Positions 26,853 to 35,178 of a DNA stretch of 48,461 bases are shown here, piece by piece. Position 1 is the first letter of the stretch; each line of letters begins with the position of its first letter. The notes under the pieces were generated by a model, which saw nothing but the letters and a program-made list of their open reading frames with translations, was not told the origin of the DNA and searched no databases. A program made the translations under genes and the position numbers. The stretch comes from a virus (taxonomy: Duplodnaviria > Heunggongvirae > Uroviricota > Caudoviricetes): positions 1-48,461 of IMG/VR virus record IMGVR_UViG_2778261094_000010. The stretch is one strand, 5' to 3'.

Positions 26853-28976
26853 TTAATCTTCTGCCTCAGGCTGGAACATCAGCACGTAAAAAACATGCTG
26901 CTTCCCCCCAATTTTGCTGAGCGCCTTTTTCTTGTAACGGCGGTCGTTCCCCTTTTCCAGCATCCCCGCCGCATCAAGCGCTCTTGCAAAATGCGACGGG
27001 TTAAATCCCTGTGCGATCTCACCTTCAAACACATGCGGGAACGTGTAAAAACGGAACTCGTCATCTTCGTTTCTGATACTCCCCTTTCTGTATCCGGCAA
27101 GTTCTTTAATCGGTAAATCACGCTCGTCGGTGTTGGGCCACGGAAGGTATCTGCTGAATCCGAACGACGCTAAAAAAGCCTCTGCCTGTTCAACCATCTG
27201 TTTAAATTCCCTGTTACCCGTGCCGAACTCCTTCACCCAGGCATTAAAATTATGCTGTATGGCATCGCGGCACGCCTGAACATCCCAGCCAGTAATATGA
27301 CCGGACAACACTAACGCCGCCTCAAGCATGGCAAATCGCTCCCCCACACGGTGAACCTGTTCGCCGTAGCTCTCCGGTATCAGGTTGCGCCACCGTTCAC
27401 GGCATGCCCTTACCGTGTCCTTTGCTTCCTGCTGGTGGTTTGCCAGCCATTTAACCCACTCTCGACCCGCCGCCCCGTGATTTTCTGTCCAGGCATCCTT
27501 TAACGCGTCTGCGTGCGCCTTTCCGGTGCTGTATTCGTGAAACTGCGTGGCTTTTTCCATCGGCACGTTAAGCAGGCGGACAAGCTGCCCCGCCTTGACT
27601 TTTATCCCCTCCGTTTTGAGGAATGTTTCAACGTCCATTTCTCCGGTGCTGATTGCCACCGTGCGCCAGTGTTTGATCTCCCTGTTGCCGCCGTCCTTCG
27701 CCCCCTGTAATTTCCCCGAACCGTTAAACAGCGTATAGGCTGACGTGGACACCTCCCGCGCGTTTCCGGCCTGACCTATTTCATCCAGGGGTAACAGCCC
27801 ATCATTATGTGCTTCGGCCTCGTTGGCGATACCTAACGCCGTGCCGTACCAGGTCAGCCGTTGTGCGTCCGGCTCTCCCCATAAACTGGATGCGATGTTC
27901 TGTGTGGTGGTTTTCCCTGCCGATGACTGTTCGAAAAGATGTACCCCGAAGCCGTCAGCCCCCACCAGCCCGATTAATGGTGCGGATAACGATACCGCCA
28001 CACCCAGCATCATGGACGGATTACCACCAGCCAGCCGCGCCACGGTATCGCGCCAACCCTCCGCCGTTCCTGCCACGGAATAGCCATTAACAGCAGCCGT
28101 TTTTCCGGTAAACAGGGCTGGCTTTTCGCAATCACCAATGACCGAACCGTCCGGCATGATGTACGCGCCAAAATGCCAGCCCGTTGTTGTGCTTAACTGC
28201 CATTCCTCATGGCTTCCGCTTAACTGCATCCAGTCAGCCAGGATAGCCCTGTATTTGCCGTTAGTTGTTACGTTCAGTCCGTGGTCTTTCAGCAGCCGCC
28301 AGCCGTCACGGTCGCCAATGCCACCGCACGGAACCGCCATTGTGATGACTTCATGGTTTGCTAATTTTTTCCAGCGCATCACGCGGTAATGCTCTTTACC
28401 GATTGTCCCCGTTCCCAGTAGTTCAAGCGGGGAACATAACCACGTCTCAGGCCGGATAATTTCGCCTGACTGCTTATCCACTTTTGGCGTTACCCAGAAA
28501 ACACCATCGGCGCGACTTTCAACGCGGGGCTTTAATTCATCATCGCCCTGGCTTTCTGTAATTTTTTTCTTTAAAGGCAACACCAGACTTTCCCCGCGCT
28601 CGTATTCGTCTTTGAGGCGAGGCAACTGGTCGGATAAATCCGCCGGGCTGGTGTCAGTTATACCCGCGTATTCGTATACGGTCTTCACGCCAGCCACAGC
28701 CAGCAACGTGACGATCTGTGTAAGGCTACGTTCAGTGATGTGCCCTGCGCGGTAAACACGCACACACTGACGGCTATCATCAATAATTTGATAACCGGTA
28801 ATATCTTTCAGGTGTTCATCTGACAGAACGACAGGTGGCACATTGTCGGCGGCAATATGCTTACCTGCCCATTCCTGCCACTCTTTCGCATGGCTCCACG
28901 CATCACTACCCGCAAAGATGATAACCTCCGTCATTTTGTCGGCTGGCTGGTGCTTTAAGTTTGGTGCGCGCTTCAT
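26853..28976 (-). CDS. Replication protein, DUF927-type primase/helicase (P4 alpha-like or PICI Rep-like) with Walker A motif
   Basis: 707 aa; Walker A-like SSAGKTT within a DUF927-like helicase core; adjacent iteron cluster; ATGA-type overlap with the upstream ORF. Confidence 0.75.
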   Translation of the reverse strand: MKRAPNLKHQPADKMTEVIIFAGSDAWSHAKEWQEWAGKHIAADNVPPVVLSDEHLKDITGYQIIDDSRQCVRVYRAGHITERSLTQIVTLLAVAGVKTVYEYAGITDTSPADLSDQLPRLKDEYERGESLVLPLKKKITESQGDDELKPRVESRADGVFWVTPKVDKQSGEIIRPETWLCSPLELLGTGTIGKEHYRVMRWKKLANHEVITMAVPCGGIGDRDGWRLLKDHGLNVTTNGKYRAILADWMQLSGSHEEWQLSTTTGWHFGAYIMPDGSVIGDCEKPALFTGKTAAVNGYSVAGTAEGWRDTVARLAGGNPSMMLGVAVSLSAPLIGLVGADGFGVHLFEQSSAGKTTTQNIASSLWGEPDAQRLTWYGTALGIANEAEAHNDGLLPLDEIGQAGNAREVSTSAYTLFNGSGKLQGAKDGGNREIKHWRTVAISTGEMDVETFLKTEGIKVKAGQLVRLLNVPMEKATQFHEYSTGKAHADALKDAWTENHGAAGREWVKWLANHQQEAKDTVRACRERWRNLIPESYGEQVHRVGERFAMLEAALVLSGHITGWDVQACRDAIQHNFNAWVKEFGTGNREFKQMVEQAEAFLASFGFSRYLPWPNTDERDLPIKELAGYRKGSIRNEDDEFRFYTFPHVFEGEIAQGFNPSHFARALDAAGMLEKGNDRRYKKKALSKIGGKQHVFYVLMFQPEAED

Positions 28977-29287
28977 TTTGCCTTTCCCCGTTCACGAATA
29001 ATTTCACGTACTGCCTTAATGCGTTCCATTCCTGTAACGCGCATGATTCTGTCGATGTCGCTTAATTCTGCTGGTGGTGCTTTGCTTACCAGGGGGAACT
29101 CCCTTTCAAAGCGCATATGCGACGACACGCAGGGATGCGCATAACCTTCGCGGATATAGGTCACGCGAAAATCATCGACGGTTTTAATCGTTATCGTGCT
29201 GCCGTATTTATCCCGGAAAATATCGCCGGGGCGGATTTCAGGCCGAGCGTGACCGCTGGCAGTAAAGCCAGAATTTTTCTTTTTCAT
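28973..29287 (-). CDS. Hypothetical satellite protein
   Basis: Start assigned to the ATG at 29287 (MKKKNSGF); translationally coupled to the replication gene. Confidence 0.4.
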   Translation of the reverse strand: MKKKNSGFTASGHARPEIRPGDIFRDKYGSTITIKTVDDFRVTYIREGYAHPCVSSHMRFEREFPLVSKAPPAELSDIDRIMRVTGMERIKAVREIIRERGKAK

Positions 29288-29294
29288 GTTTTTT

Positions 29295-29543
29295 TTACTC
29301 CAGAGGCAGCTTTTTAGCGGCGAGCTCAATATCAGATGTCAGAGAAACCTGTGTATTTGCCAGGTCTAACAACAAAGAAATAAGAATTTCTTCTCTGCTA
29401 TCGGATTTATCGGTGCTAAGGCTGTTCATCCACATATTGACGACTTCCCTGATTTTTTTCGCAGAGTGCAGGGCTTCAAATGCCAGGCCTTCAATATCAT
29501 GTTTATTTCGCATAATCGCCCCCGCCATTTTCACAATCAGCAA
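29295..29543 (-). CDS. Hypothetical satellite protein
   Basis: 82 aa ORF in the early operon; no recognisable motif. Confidence 0.35.
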   Translation of the reverse strand: MLIVKMAGAIMRNKHDIEGLAFEALHSAKKIREVVNMWMNSLSTDKSDSREEILISLLLDLANTQVSLTSDIELAAKKLPLE

Positions 29544-29748
29544 TCAGGATGGCTTTTGCCTCATTCAGCGCCATATCAGCACTAAATTGCATAAGAGCCA
29601 GTGAGTGAGGAACGAAAGCCCCGGTATATTCTGTTTCGCTGGTGGCGTGCTTATGCGCCTTGTCTGCGATAACAGAAATATCAATCAGCGCGTGCATCAG
29701 CGTTTTGATGGCTTCGGCGGCTGCGTCCGGTGTGGTTTTATTATGCAT
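29503..29748 (-). CDS. Hypothetical satellite protein
   Basis: 81 aa ORF in the early operon; no recognisable motif. Confidence 0.35.
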   Translation of the reverse strand: MHNKTTPDAAAEAIKTLMHALIDISVIADKAHKHATSETEYTGAFVPHSLALMQFSADMALNEAKAILIADCENGGGDYAK

Positions 29749-29944
29749 AGGTTTCCCCCTGGCGAATACGGGCGGCGAATACCATCACGCAGCCATCAGG
29801 AGATTGCTGACGCGCTTCCTGTTCGCTGGTGGCCTCAATGGTAATCACGCGCGGTTGTGCCGTGCTCAGGGCGATAAAACGCCAGATGTATTTATTCAGG
29901 TTGTACGAGTCCCGCCCTTGCGGGTGTCTGGTATAATTTCTCAT
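29741..29944 (-). CDS. Hypothetical small protein, first gene of the minus-strand early operon
   Basis: 67-codon ORF (MRNYTRHPQGRDSYNL...) with a GAGG ribosome-binding site, transcribed divergently from the operator region. The listed 349-aa ORF is treated as a read-through artefact. Confidence 0.4.
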   Translation of the reverse strand: MRNYTRHPQGRDSYNLNKYIWRFIALSTAQPRVITIEATSEQEARQQSPDGCVMVFAARIRQGETYA

Positions 29945-30041
29945 AGCTACCTCGATACGCTTTCTATCGTTGGTGGTTAGAAGCCCGGTTAGTGTTAGCG
30001 CACTGCCGGGTTTCGTCGTTTCTGCACCTTGCATCAGTAAG

Positions 30042-30093
30042 GTGTTGAACACCAATTTAAGCCCTGGTGTTAAACACGTCAAGTGTTGAACAC
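30042..30093. promoter_or_regulatory. Operator-like triple palindrome GTGTT(G/A)AACAC in a divergent promoter region
   Basis: Near-palindromic 11-mers at 30042..30052, 30067..30077 and 30083..30093, between the minus-strand early operon and the plus-strand small regulator gene. Confidence 0.6.
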
Positions 30094-30143
30094 TTATTTT
30101 TTTTCCTGCATACTGCATTTGTTTTTTGTAAGGGGTACACAAC

Positions 30144-30323
30144 ATGGCAACAAAAGCAGTAAACGCAAAATCACAAACAGTTGCGGCAAGGGTTCCGCAT
30201 GAAGTTATGAACAATGTTGAGGCGGTAAAAATGCCTGGTGAAAGTACAGGGCAGTTTGTAACAGCAGCATTAAAGCGAGAAGTTGAATACCGCCAGCGTC
30301 GCAAGGCCAAAGAGCAGGAATAA
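30144..30323 (+). CDS. Small putative DNA-binding regulator (59 aa)
   Basis: ATG at 30144 preceded by an AAGGGG ribosome-binding site, immediately downstream of the operator palindromes; small basic protein with a KREVEYRQRRKAKEQE tail. Confidence 0.5.
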   Translation: MATKAVNAKSQTVAARVPHEVMNNVEAVKMPGESTGQFVTAALKREVEYRQRRKAKEQE

Positions 30324-30380
30324 CCATCACCAGCGCCGTGGTGTAAGGTATTACGGCGCATTGCTATGCAGGACAACACA

Positions 30381-30554
30381 ATGACCGATAAAGAATTGAC
30401 CAAAACATTATCACCGACACGGAAAAGACGGCGCAGAAAGATAGAGCATGAATCAGAAAGATTCGCACCTTGTTCGTTTGCTCTTGAGAAATTCCTTAAA
30501 GAGCGCAGGAAAAAACTCTCGTTGCAAACCTTGGAACGAACCAAATCTGACTGA
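30381..30554 (+). CDS. Hypothetical small basic protein
   Basis: 57-codon ORF (MTDKELTKTLSPTRKRRRRK...) with an AGGA ribosome-binding site, followed by tandem terminators. Confidence 0.3.
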   Translation: MTDKELTKTLSPTRKRRRRKIEHESERFAPCSFALEKFLKERRKKLSLQTLERTKSD

Positions 30555-30620
30555 TCACATTGCCCACCAGCCGCAAATGTGGCATTGTTGGTGATGCTTT
30601 TGTTTTCCCTTGTTCCCACT

Positions 30621-30650
30621 GGCGACCCTTTTGCGGTCGCCTTTGTTTTG
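30621..30650 (+). terminator. Rho-independent terminator (GGCGACC-CTTTTGC-GGTCGCC followed by TTTGTTTTG)
   Basis: Perfect 7-bp stem followed by a T tract, downstream of the plus-strand small ORFs. Confidence 0.7.
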
Positions 30651-30745
30651 CCTGTTATCCTGCAACTATGGTCATTTCGACCACGGTTGATATAATCCCC
30701 CCGCACAGATTCATTTTTTGCGCAGTAGGTTAATTGTTCGCAAGG

Positions 30746-30780
30746 GCGCTCCGGTAACGGGGCGCTTTTTGTTTTTACCC
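30746..30780 (+). terminator. Rho-independent terminator (8-bp stem with GTAA tetraloop followed by TTTTTGTTTTT)
   Basis: GCGCTCCG-GTAA-CGGGGCGC hairpin (one G-U pair) followed by a T-rich run; second of two tandem terminators. Confidence 0.65.
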
Positions 30781-30934
30781 ACCAGCACAATAAAAATCTT
30801 CATTTTCCATTTTTGTAAAATTTCATGCTTTCCGGACGACTGGTAATATGTCATTTTTTAGCAGAAGATTTTGCCTTGCTGGTGGGTAGCTTCCCGGTCA
30901 ACACGATGTACCGTATAATCAACACCGCGTGTGG

Positions 30935-31531
30935 TTACTGAATACGCTCACCAAAGTAAAACTCAGGCTGGTATTCACGTATCAGCCTTTTTTCTTCTTC
31001 CTCCAGTTCACGCTTTTTGCGCTTACATGCCTGTAGCTCCCTCCCCTTCTCGCTGGCACTTATCTGGTATTGCTCTTTGCGGCGGGAAAAATCCTGTAAT
31101 GCTCCCCACGGGATACCATAAGCCCCCGTTTTTCTGATACCCGGTATCACATTTCTGAATACCCAATTACTGAAACGATGGGCGAACGTGCCAGGATTAA
31201 CAGCTTTGCGACTTCTGGCGATCAACTTGTAAAAACCTGATTCTGATACAACATTCCAACTTCTGGCACCACCACGCTTACCTGAATGACCCTCGGTTAA
31301 AGCTAGGGTCATTACCTCATCGCTATCCAGAACTGAAACAGCATCGGTAACGTTGCTAATTTCCAGCGCCGCACACACATCAGCGCCAACAAACCACGGA
31401 TCGCCGTTCAGATACACCACGCGAACGTTCACACTATCAAAGCGCAGAACGACCAGATCACGAATATCACAGAATTTTTTCACATGACGTGCGTCACCCT
31501 TGCCCGTCGCGGCAATATTTTTATTCATCAC
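30935..31531 (-). CDS. Bro-N domain protein (antirepressor-like)
   Basis: Bro-N signature (FDSVNVRVVYLNGDPWFVGADVCAALEI...SGFYKLIARSRK) with a Lys/Glu-rich coiled C-terminus. Confidence 0.7.
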   Translation of the reverse strand: MMNKNIAATGKGDARHVKKFCDIRDLVVLRFDSVNVRVVYLNGDPWFVGADVCAALEISNVTDAVSVLDSDEVMTLALTEGHSGKRGGARSWNVVSESGFYKLIARSRKAVNPGTFAHRFSNWVFRNVIPGIRKTGAYGIPWGALQDFSRRKEQYQISASEKGRELQACKRKKRELEEEEKRLIREYQPEFYFGERIQ

Positions 31532-31585
31532 TTTCTACCTCACATACAAAAAACCCCGCATTGCGTGGTGCGGGGTTGTCGGTAA

Positions 31586-31864
31586 TTACTTATTGGCGTT
31601 TTTGTATGGGCTGTTTACTTCCTTTACTCCTGGCGGATGCATAACCCACCAGAGCACATCAGAGAGCAACCAGGAAACAGACACTTTCCCTAAATGAGCA
31701 CGAGCAGGAAATGCTCCCTCCTGTTCAAGTACCCAACGTCTGCTTCTTGAAAGCCCGGTACGATTGGCACACTCATGTTCGCGTATACGGCGATCATACG
31801 GTTCGCCATGTTCTTTCAGAATCTGAATGCGTTCTTCGGGTGTAGGATAAATAAATTTTTGCAT
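31586..31864 (-). CDS. AlpA-like helix-turn-helix regulator (second copy)
   Basis: Translation from MQKFIYPTPEERIQILKEHGE with an AlpA-type C-terminal helix-turn-helix (TGLSRSRRWVLEQEGAFPARAHLGKVSVSWLLSDVLWW). Confidence 0.5.
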   Translation of the reverse strand: MQKFIYPTPEERIQILKEHGEPYDRRIREHECANRTGLSRSRRWVLEQEGAFPARAHLGKVSVSWLLSDVLWWVMHPPGVKEVNSPYKNANK

Positions 31865-31927
31865 AAAAATATCACCTATAAAAAAACCCGCCAAAAGACG
31901 GGTTGATTATATCTCATTTAATTTAGT

Positions 31928-32161
31928 TCAGGGTTTCCATTCACCCTTTACCCATTCCAGCACCTCAGATAAGCGCCAGACTTTTGTTTGTGGGCCAATA
32001 CATATTTTCCGTGGAAATTTTCCTTCCTTTTCAAGTAATGCTCTGTGTCTCCTGCCAAGAGCTGTTAACCATGCACATTCATCTTCCTTAATCATCCTGT
32101 CGATTGTTTTATCATTTTCAAGTTCTTCACGCGTAACTATTTCAATCATTACCGTCACCAC
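31928..32161 (-). CDS. alpA: AlpA-family transcriptional regulator / excisionase-like protein
   Basis: 77 aa with AlpA-like helix-turn-helix (LTALGRRHRALLEKEGKFPRKICIGPQTKVWRLSEVLEWV); immediately downstream of and overlapping the integrase gene. Confidence 0.75.
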   Translation of the reverse strand: MVTVMIEIVTREELENDKTIDRMIKEDECAWLTALGRRHRALLEKEGKFPRKICIGPQTKVWRLSEVLEWVKGEWKP

Positions 32162-33350
32162 TAATTAGCTTATTCAGATAGTCGTACCACCAGTTCATAG
32201 CTTCTTTTTTTCTGTCCATATACTGACTTCTGTTATAAACCCCGGCAACACCGCCTAATGTGTGCCCAAGCAACTGTTCAACCACATTATGTTCAAAACC
32301 ATGATCACTTAGCTTTGTGGCAAACACTCTTCGCATATCATGCGCCGTCCATTTTTCCGAGTGTTTCATCCTTTTCCATGTCTTACCGATAGTTACGCTT
32401 GCCGTACACTGACGCATATCAAACCCAATCACATTTTCTTTGTTACCTGTTATTTTTTTTAACGTAACTAACCAGTTAAACATGCCATCAGGAATCGGTC
32501 TGATTATTTCCCTGCCATTTTTGCTATGATCAGCGGGAACGCGCCATAATTTCTTATCAAAATCCCACTCTACCCAGGACGACAGTAATACTTCTGACAG
32601 TCGACAACCAAAAACTACCAGGAAACGTAAAATAATTCGGTTTTCATATGATAATTCGTGATTGTCATAATCAGTATTAATACTTCGCCATAAATCTCTG
32701 ATTTCATCATCTGTTAAAACCCTGCTTCTTCGCGCAGACTTTTTTCCCACATCACAGACCTCAAGATCATCAATTTCATGACTAATCGCGTATTTTCTTA
32801 CCCTACAAAATTTAAGCGCCTGTTTTGATATACGCAACAAAGCTCCGGCCTGTACAGGTGCTACTTTTTTTATTTTGTCAAAACACTTGATCCACATAGA
32901 TATAGAGCAATCACTAAGTGGTACATGACCAATCACCGGATAAATATGTTTACCAAAGCACTGCCTGATATGTTCTGCTCCCCTACGCTTATCCATTGCA
33001 TAATTATCAAGCCAGTATTCAAGTGCCTCACGAACGGTAACAGGTTGCAAGGTGGCTTCCCGTTCAATTTTTATCTGAATCCGTGGATCTCTGCCCTCCG
33101 CAAGCCAGGTTCGACACTGATCGCGCATCTCTCTCGCTGATTTGAGACTCAGATCAGGATATTTTCCAAGTGTCAGCCAGATGGGCGCGGTTCCCCTTCC
33201 CGCCAGTCTGTAAAAGAAAACAAAACTAACACATCCGTATTTACTGACCCGTACCGAAAGCCCGTTACCATCAGCGATGGTTTCCTGCCTCTCACTCCTG
33301 CGCCCAAGCAGGGAACGAAGTTTTTTATCGCTCAGTTTGTTTAGCGCCAT
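32142..33350 (-). CDS. int: Tyrosine integrase (P4-type site-specific recombinase)
   Basis: C-terminal catalytic motifs (HDMRRVFAT, LLGH, GVYNRSQY); start assigned to the ATG at 33350 (MALNKLSDKKL); lies about 170 bp from the right junction core. Confidence 0.9.
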   Translation of the reverse strand: MALNKLSDKKLRSLLGRRSERQETIADGNGLSVRVSKYGCVSFVFFYRLAGRGTAPIWLTLGKYPDLSLKSAREMRDQCRTWLAEGRDPRIQIKIEREATLQPVTVREALEYWLDNYAMDKRRGAEHIRQCFGKHIYPVIGHVPLSDCSISMWIKCFDKIKKVAPVQAGALLRISKQALKFCRVRKYAISHEIDDLEVCDVGKKSARRSRVLTDDEIRDLWRSINTDYDNHELSYENRIILRFLVVFGCRLSEVLLSSWVEWDFDKKLWRVPADHSKNGREIIRPIPDGMFNWLVTLKKITGNKENVIGFDMRQCTASVTIGKTWKRMKHSEKWTAHDMRRVFATKLSDHGFEHNVVEQLLGHTLGGVAGVYNRSQYMDRKKEAMNWWYDYLNKLISGDGND

Positions 33351-33517
33351 GTGATTTATAACCCGTTTTTGCAATACACAGTGCAATACACAAATGATGA
33401 AAACAGCCAGAACCTTCCAGAAAAAACAAAAACGACGAACAAGAAAAAATCTTTTTCTTTCATTTGGTTACTAAAAAAATCAGGACAGGTCGCACTGTTG
33501 TTACGGCGTGATGTTAC

Positions 33518-33537
33518 TTTCTTGGTAAAAAAATTCA
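33518..33537. repeat. Right attachment junction (attR-like): exact 7-bp core TTGGTAA at 33522..33528 plus imperfect flanking match
   Basis: Direct repeat of the 18605..18611 core; boundary between satellite DNA (integrase side) and the helper terL N-terminal fragment. Confidence 0.65.
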
Positions 33538-34549
33538 CCCGCGCAGAGACCTGTTCTTTCGCTTTTTTCGCCAGGCGACGCAGATCATCCCAGCGTTTAC
33601 AGATGCCCAGGCCGGGATTCGCTTTCTGCCAGACCGTTTCATCAAACGGATCATCTCCCTCATCGAGGGTGTAAATAATCGCAAAGTAGGAGTCGTCTTT
33701 TACCGCGCCCTCCACGTCGCTGTTATAGCCTCGCAATACCTTGATGGCGTAATCGCGTTGCTCGTAACAAATCCCTTCCTTGTTAAAGCCAGCCGTGGTG
33801 ATACCAAATAACAGGGACTGCAGACGGGCACCGGTTGCCGTTTCCAGAACGTCCCACACGTCGCGGGTTTTATGTGCATGCAGCTCATCAATAATGGCGC
33901 AGTGGATGTTCAGACCATCCAGGTTGTTTGCATCCGAGGAAAGCGGTTCAAATTTTGATGCGCTCTGCTCCTGGTAAATCGCCAGCTTGTTGAAATCAAA
34001 CAACCGCCCGAGTGTCGATCGGGCTTTTCTGACCATATTTTTGGCGTCTTCAAACACGATTCTGGCCTGGTCACGCGTGGTTGCGGCTGAATACACCTCA
34101 GCCCCGCCTTCACCATCTGCCCCCGTCATATACAGACCGATACCTGATGACAGGGTTGATTTTGCGTTTTTACGGGCGACTTCGTTGTACGCTGTCCGGA
34201 AACGGCGCACCATCACCGGGCGTCCGCTGCCATCGCTGCGCATGACAACTTCCCCGGTCTCTTCATTCACCAGCGGAATGACAAAACCAAAAATATTAAT
34301 GAGGATAAAAACATGCCAGTCCATCAGTTCAATGGGCTGACCTGCCAGCGCCCCTTTTACATGGGGCACAAATTTGTAGAAATTCAGGATGTGCTGCGCA
34401 CGGGGTTCACTGAAATAAATCCCCCGCTCTTCGCCGTACTTCAGATCATCAAGAAAACGCTGGCAGGCCAGACGGACAAATTCACCAGCGACAATTTCTC
34501 CTGCAACAACACGTTCGGCGTAGCGGATCCCGTCAGCCACTTTTGCCAT
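33522..34549 (-). pseudogene. terL: Helper prophage terminase large subunit, N-terminal ATPase-domain fragment (5' part of a terL split by the satellite)
   Basis: Translation through DETVWQKANPGLGI...ARVNFFTKK parallels satellite TerL (DDPAMWIKANPNID...EMLTKRFNIW), then runs into unrelated low-complexity sequence (VTSRRNNSATCPDFF...) after the junction at about 33522; the ORF's true stop is at 33356. Confidence 0.8.
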
Positions 34550-35031
34550 CAGTCTCTCGCTTTTAAAAGTTCTGCCAGCGGATCAACATCATCCGGTCCG
34601 GCGATATTTACTTTCGCCCGGCTTGCCGGTGACATACCAAATTCTGCAAGCATCGCCCGGATCCGCTTCCAGGCATCCGCTTTCATCGCAGCAGCCGGGT
34701 GTGCCTTAATCAGCACATCACCGTTCTGCGTTTCCGTGCGGTAGGTATAACCCTCAACATCGAGTGTTTCGCAGTGATGCCGGTATTCGGTGTAGGCTTC
34801 CACCAGCAACTCGAGTGCACGCGCATCAAGCTGAGAAATGATCCCTTCCGCATTCAGCTCTTCCGCCATTCGCCTGAACCAGTACTTTCCCTGCGCCCCT
34901 AAATGCTGCGGAATTTTAGGGAGACCTTTTTCGTCCTTTTTAGCGGTTTTTTTGGCGTCTTTAACGGGACGCTTTGAGGGATTGCCTCGTATCAAATGCA
35001 GGCGTGGCGGGGTTTTCGGGGGTCCTGACAT
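34549..35031 (-). CDS. terS: Helper terminase small subunit (P27-like family)
   Basis: 160 aa, MSGPPKTPPRLHLIRGNPSKRP...; its stop overlaps the terL ATG; homologous in outline to the satellite TerS but diverged. Confidence 0.8.
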   Translation of the reverse strand: MSGPPKTPPRLHLIRGNPSKRPVKDAKKTAKKDEKGLPKIPQHLGAQGKYWFRRMAEELNAEGIISQLDARALELLVEAYTEYRHHCETLDVEGYTYRTETQNGDVLIKAHPAAAMKADAWKRIRAMLAEFGMSPASRAKVNIAGPDDVDPLAELLKARD

Positions 35032-35178
35032 AATCGATTTTACCTATCAATCGTTTGATCGCATTCCCAAAAAAAAGTTTTCGAACCTGCGGCGATGCGA
35101 GGAAGGGTTGGCGGGCGGTCCCGGACAGCCAGGGCTGCAGGGATTTGCCCCGCCCCTCCCTACAAGTGAGAATAATTA

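Larger units (their letters stand above)
18612..33521. mobile_element. Integrated phage satellite, capsid-forming PICI-like (int, alpA, Bro-N protein, DUF927 primase/helicase with iterons, SSB, HNH, TerS, TerL, portal, protease, major capsid, connector; no tail genes)
   Basis: Bounded by direct repeats with a 7-bp exact core; tyrosine integrase adjacent to the right junction; own replication and capsid/packaging genes; splits the helper terL. Confidence 0.75.

Noticed and set aside
29741-30790. 349-aa minus-strand ORF spanning the satellite control region
   Set aside because: It runs antisense through the plus-strand regulator genes, operators and two terminators, and its translation is Cys/Ser-rich nonsense; only the 3'-terminal 67 codons with their own ribosome-binding site were kept.
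33356-33521. C-terminal 53 codons of the listed 397-aa ORF
   Set aside because: Sequence after the TTGGTAA junction is low-complexity read-through into satellite DNA, not part of TerL.
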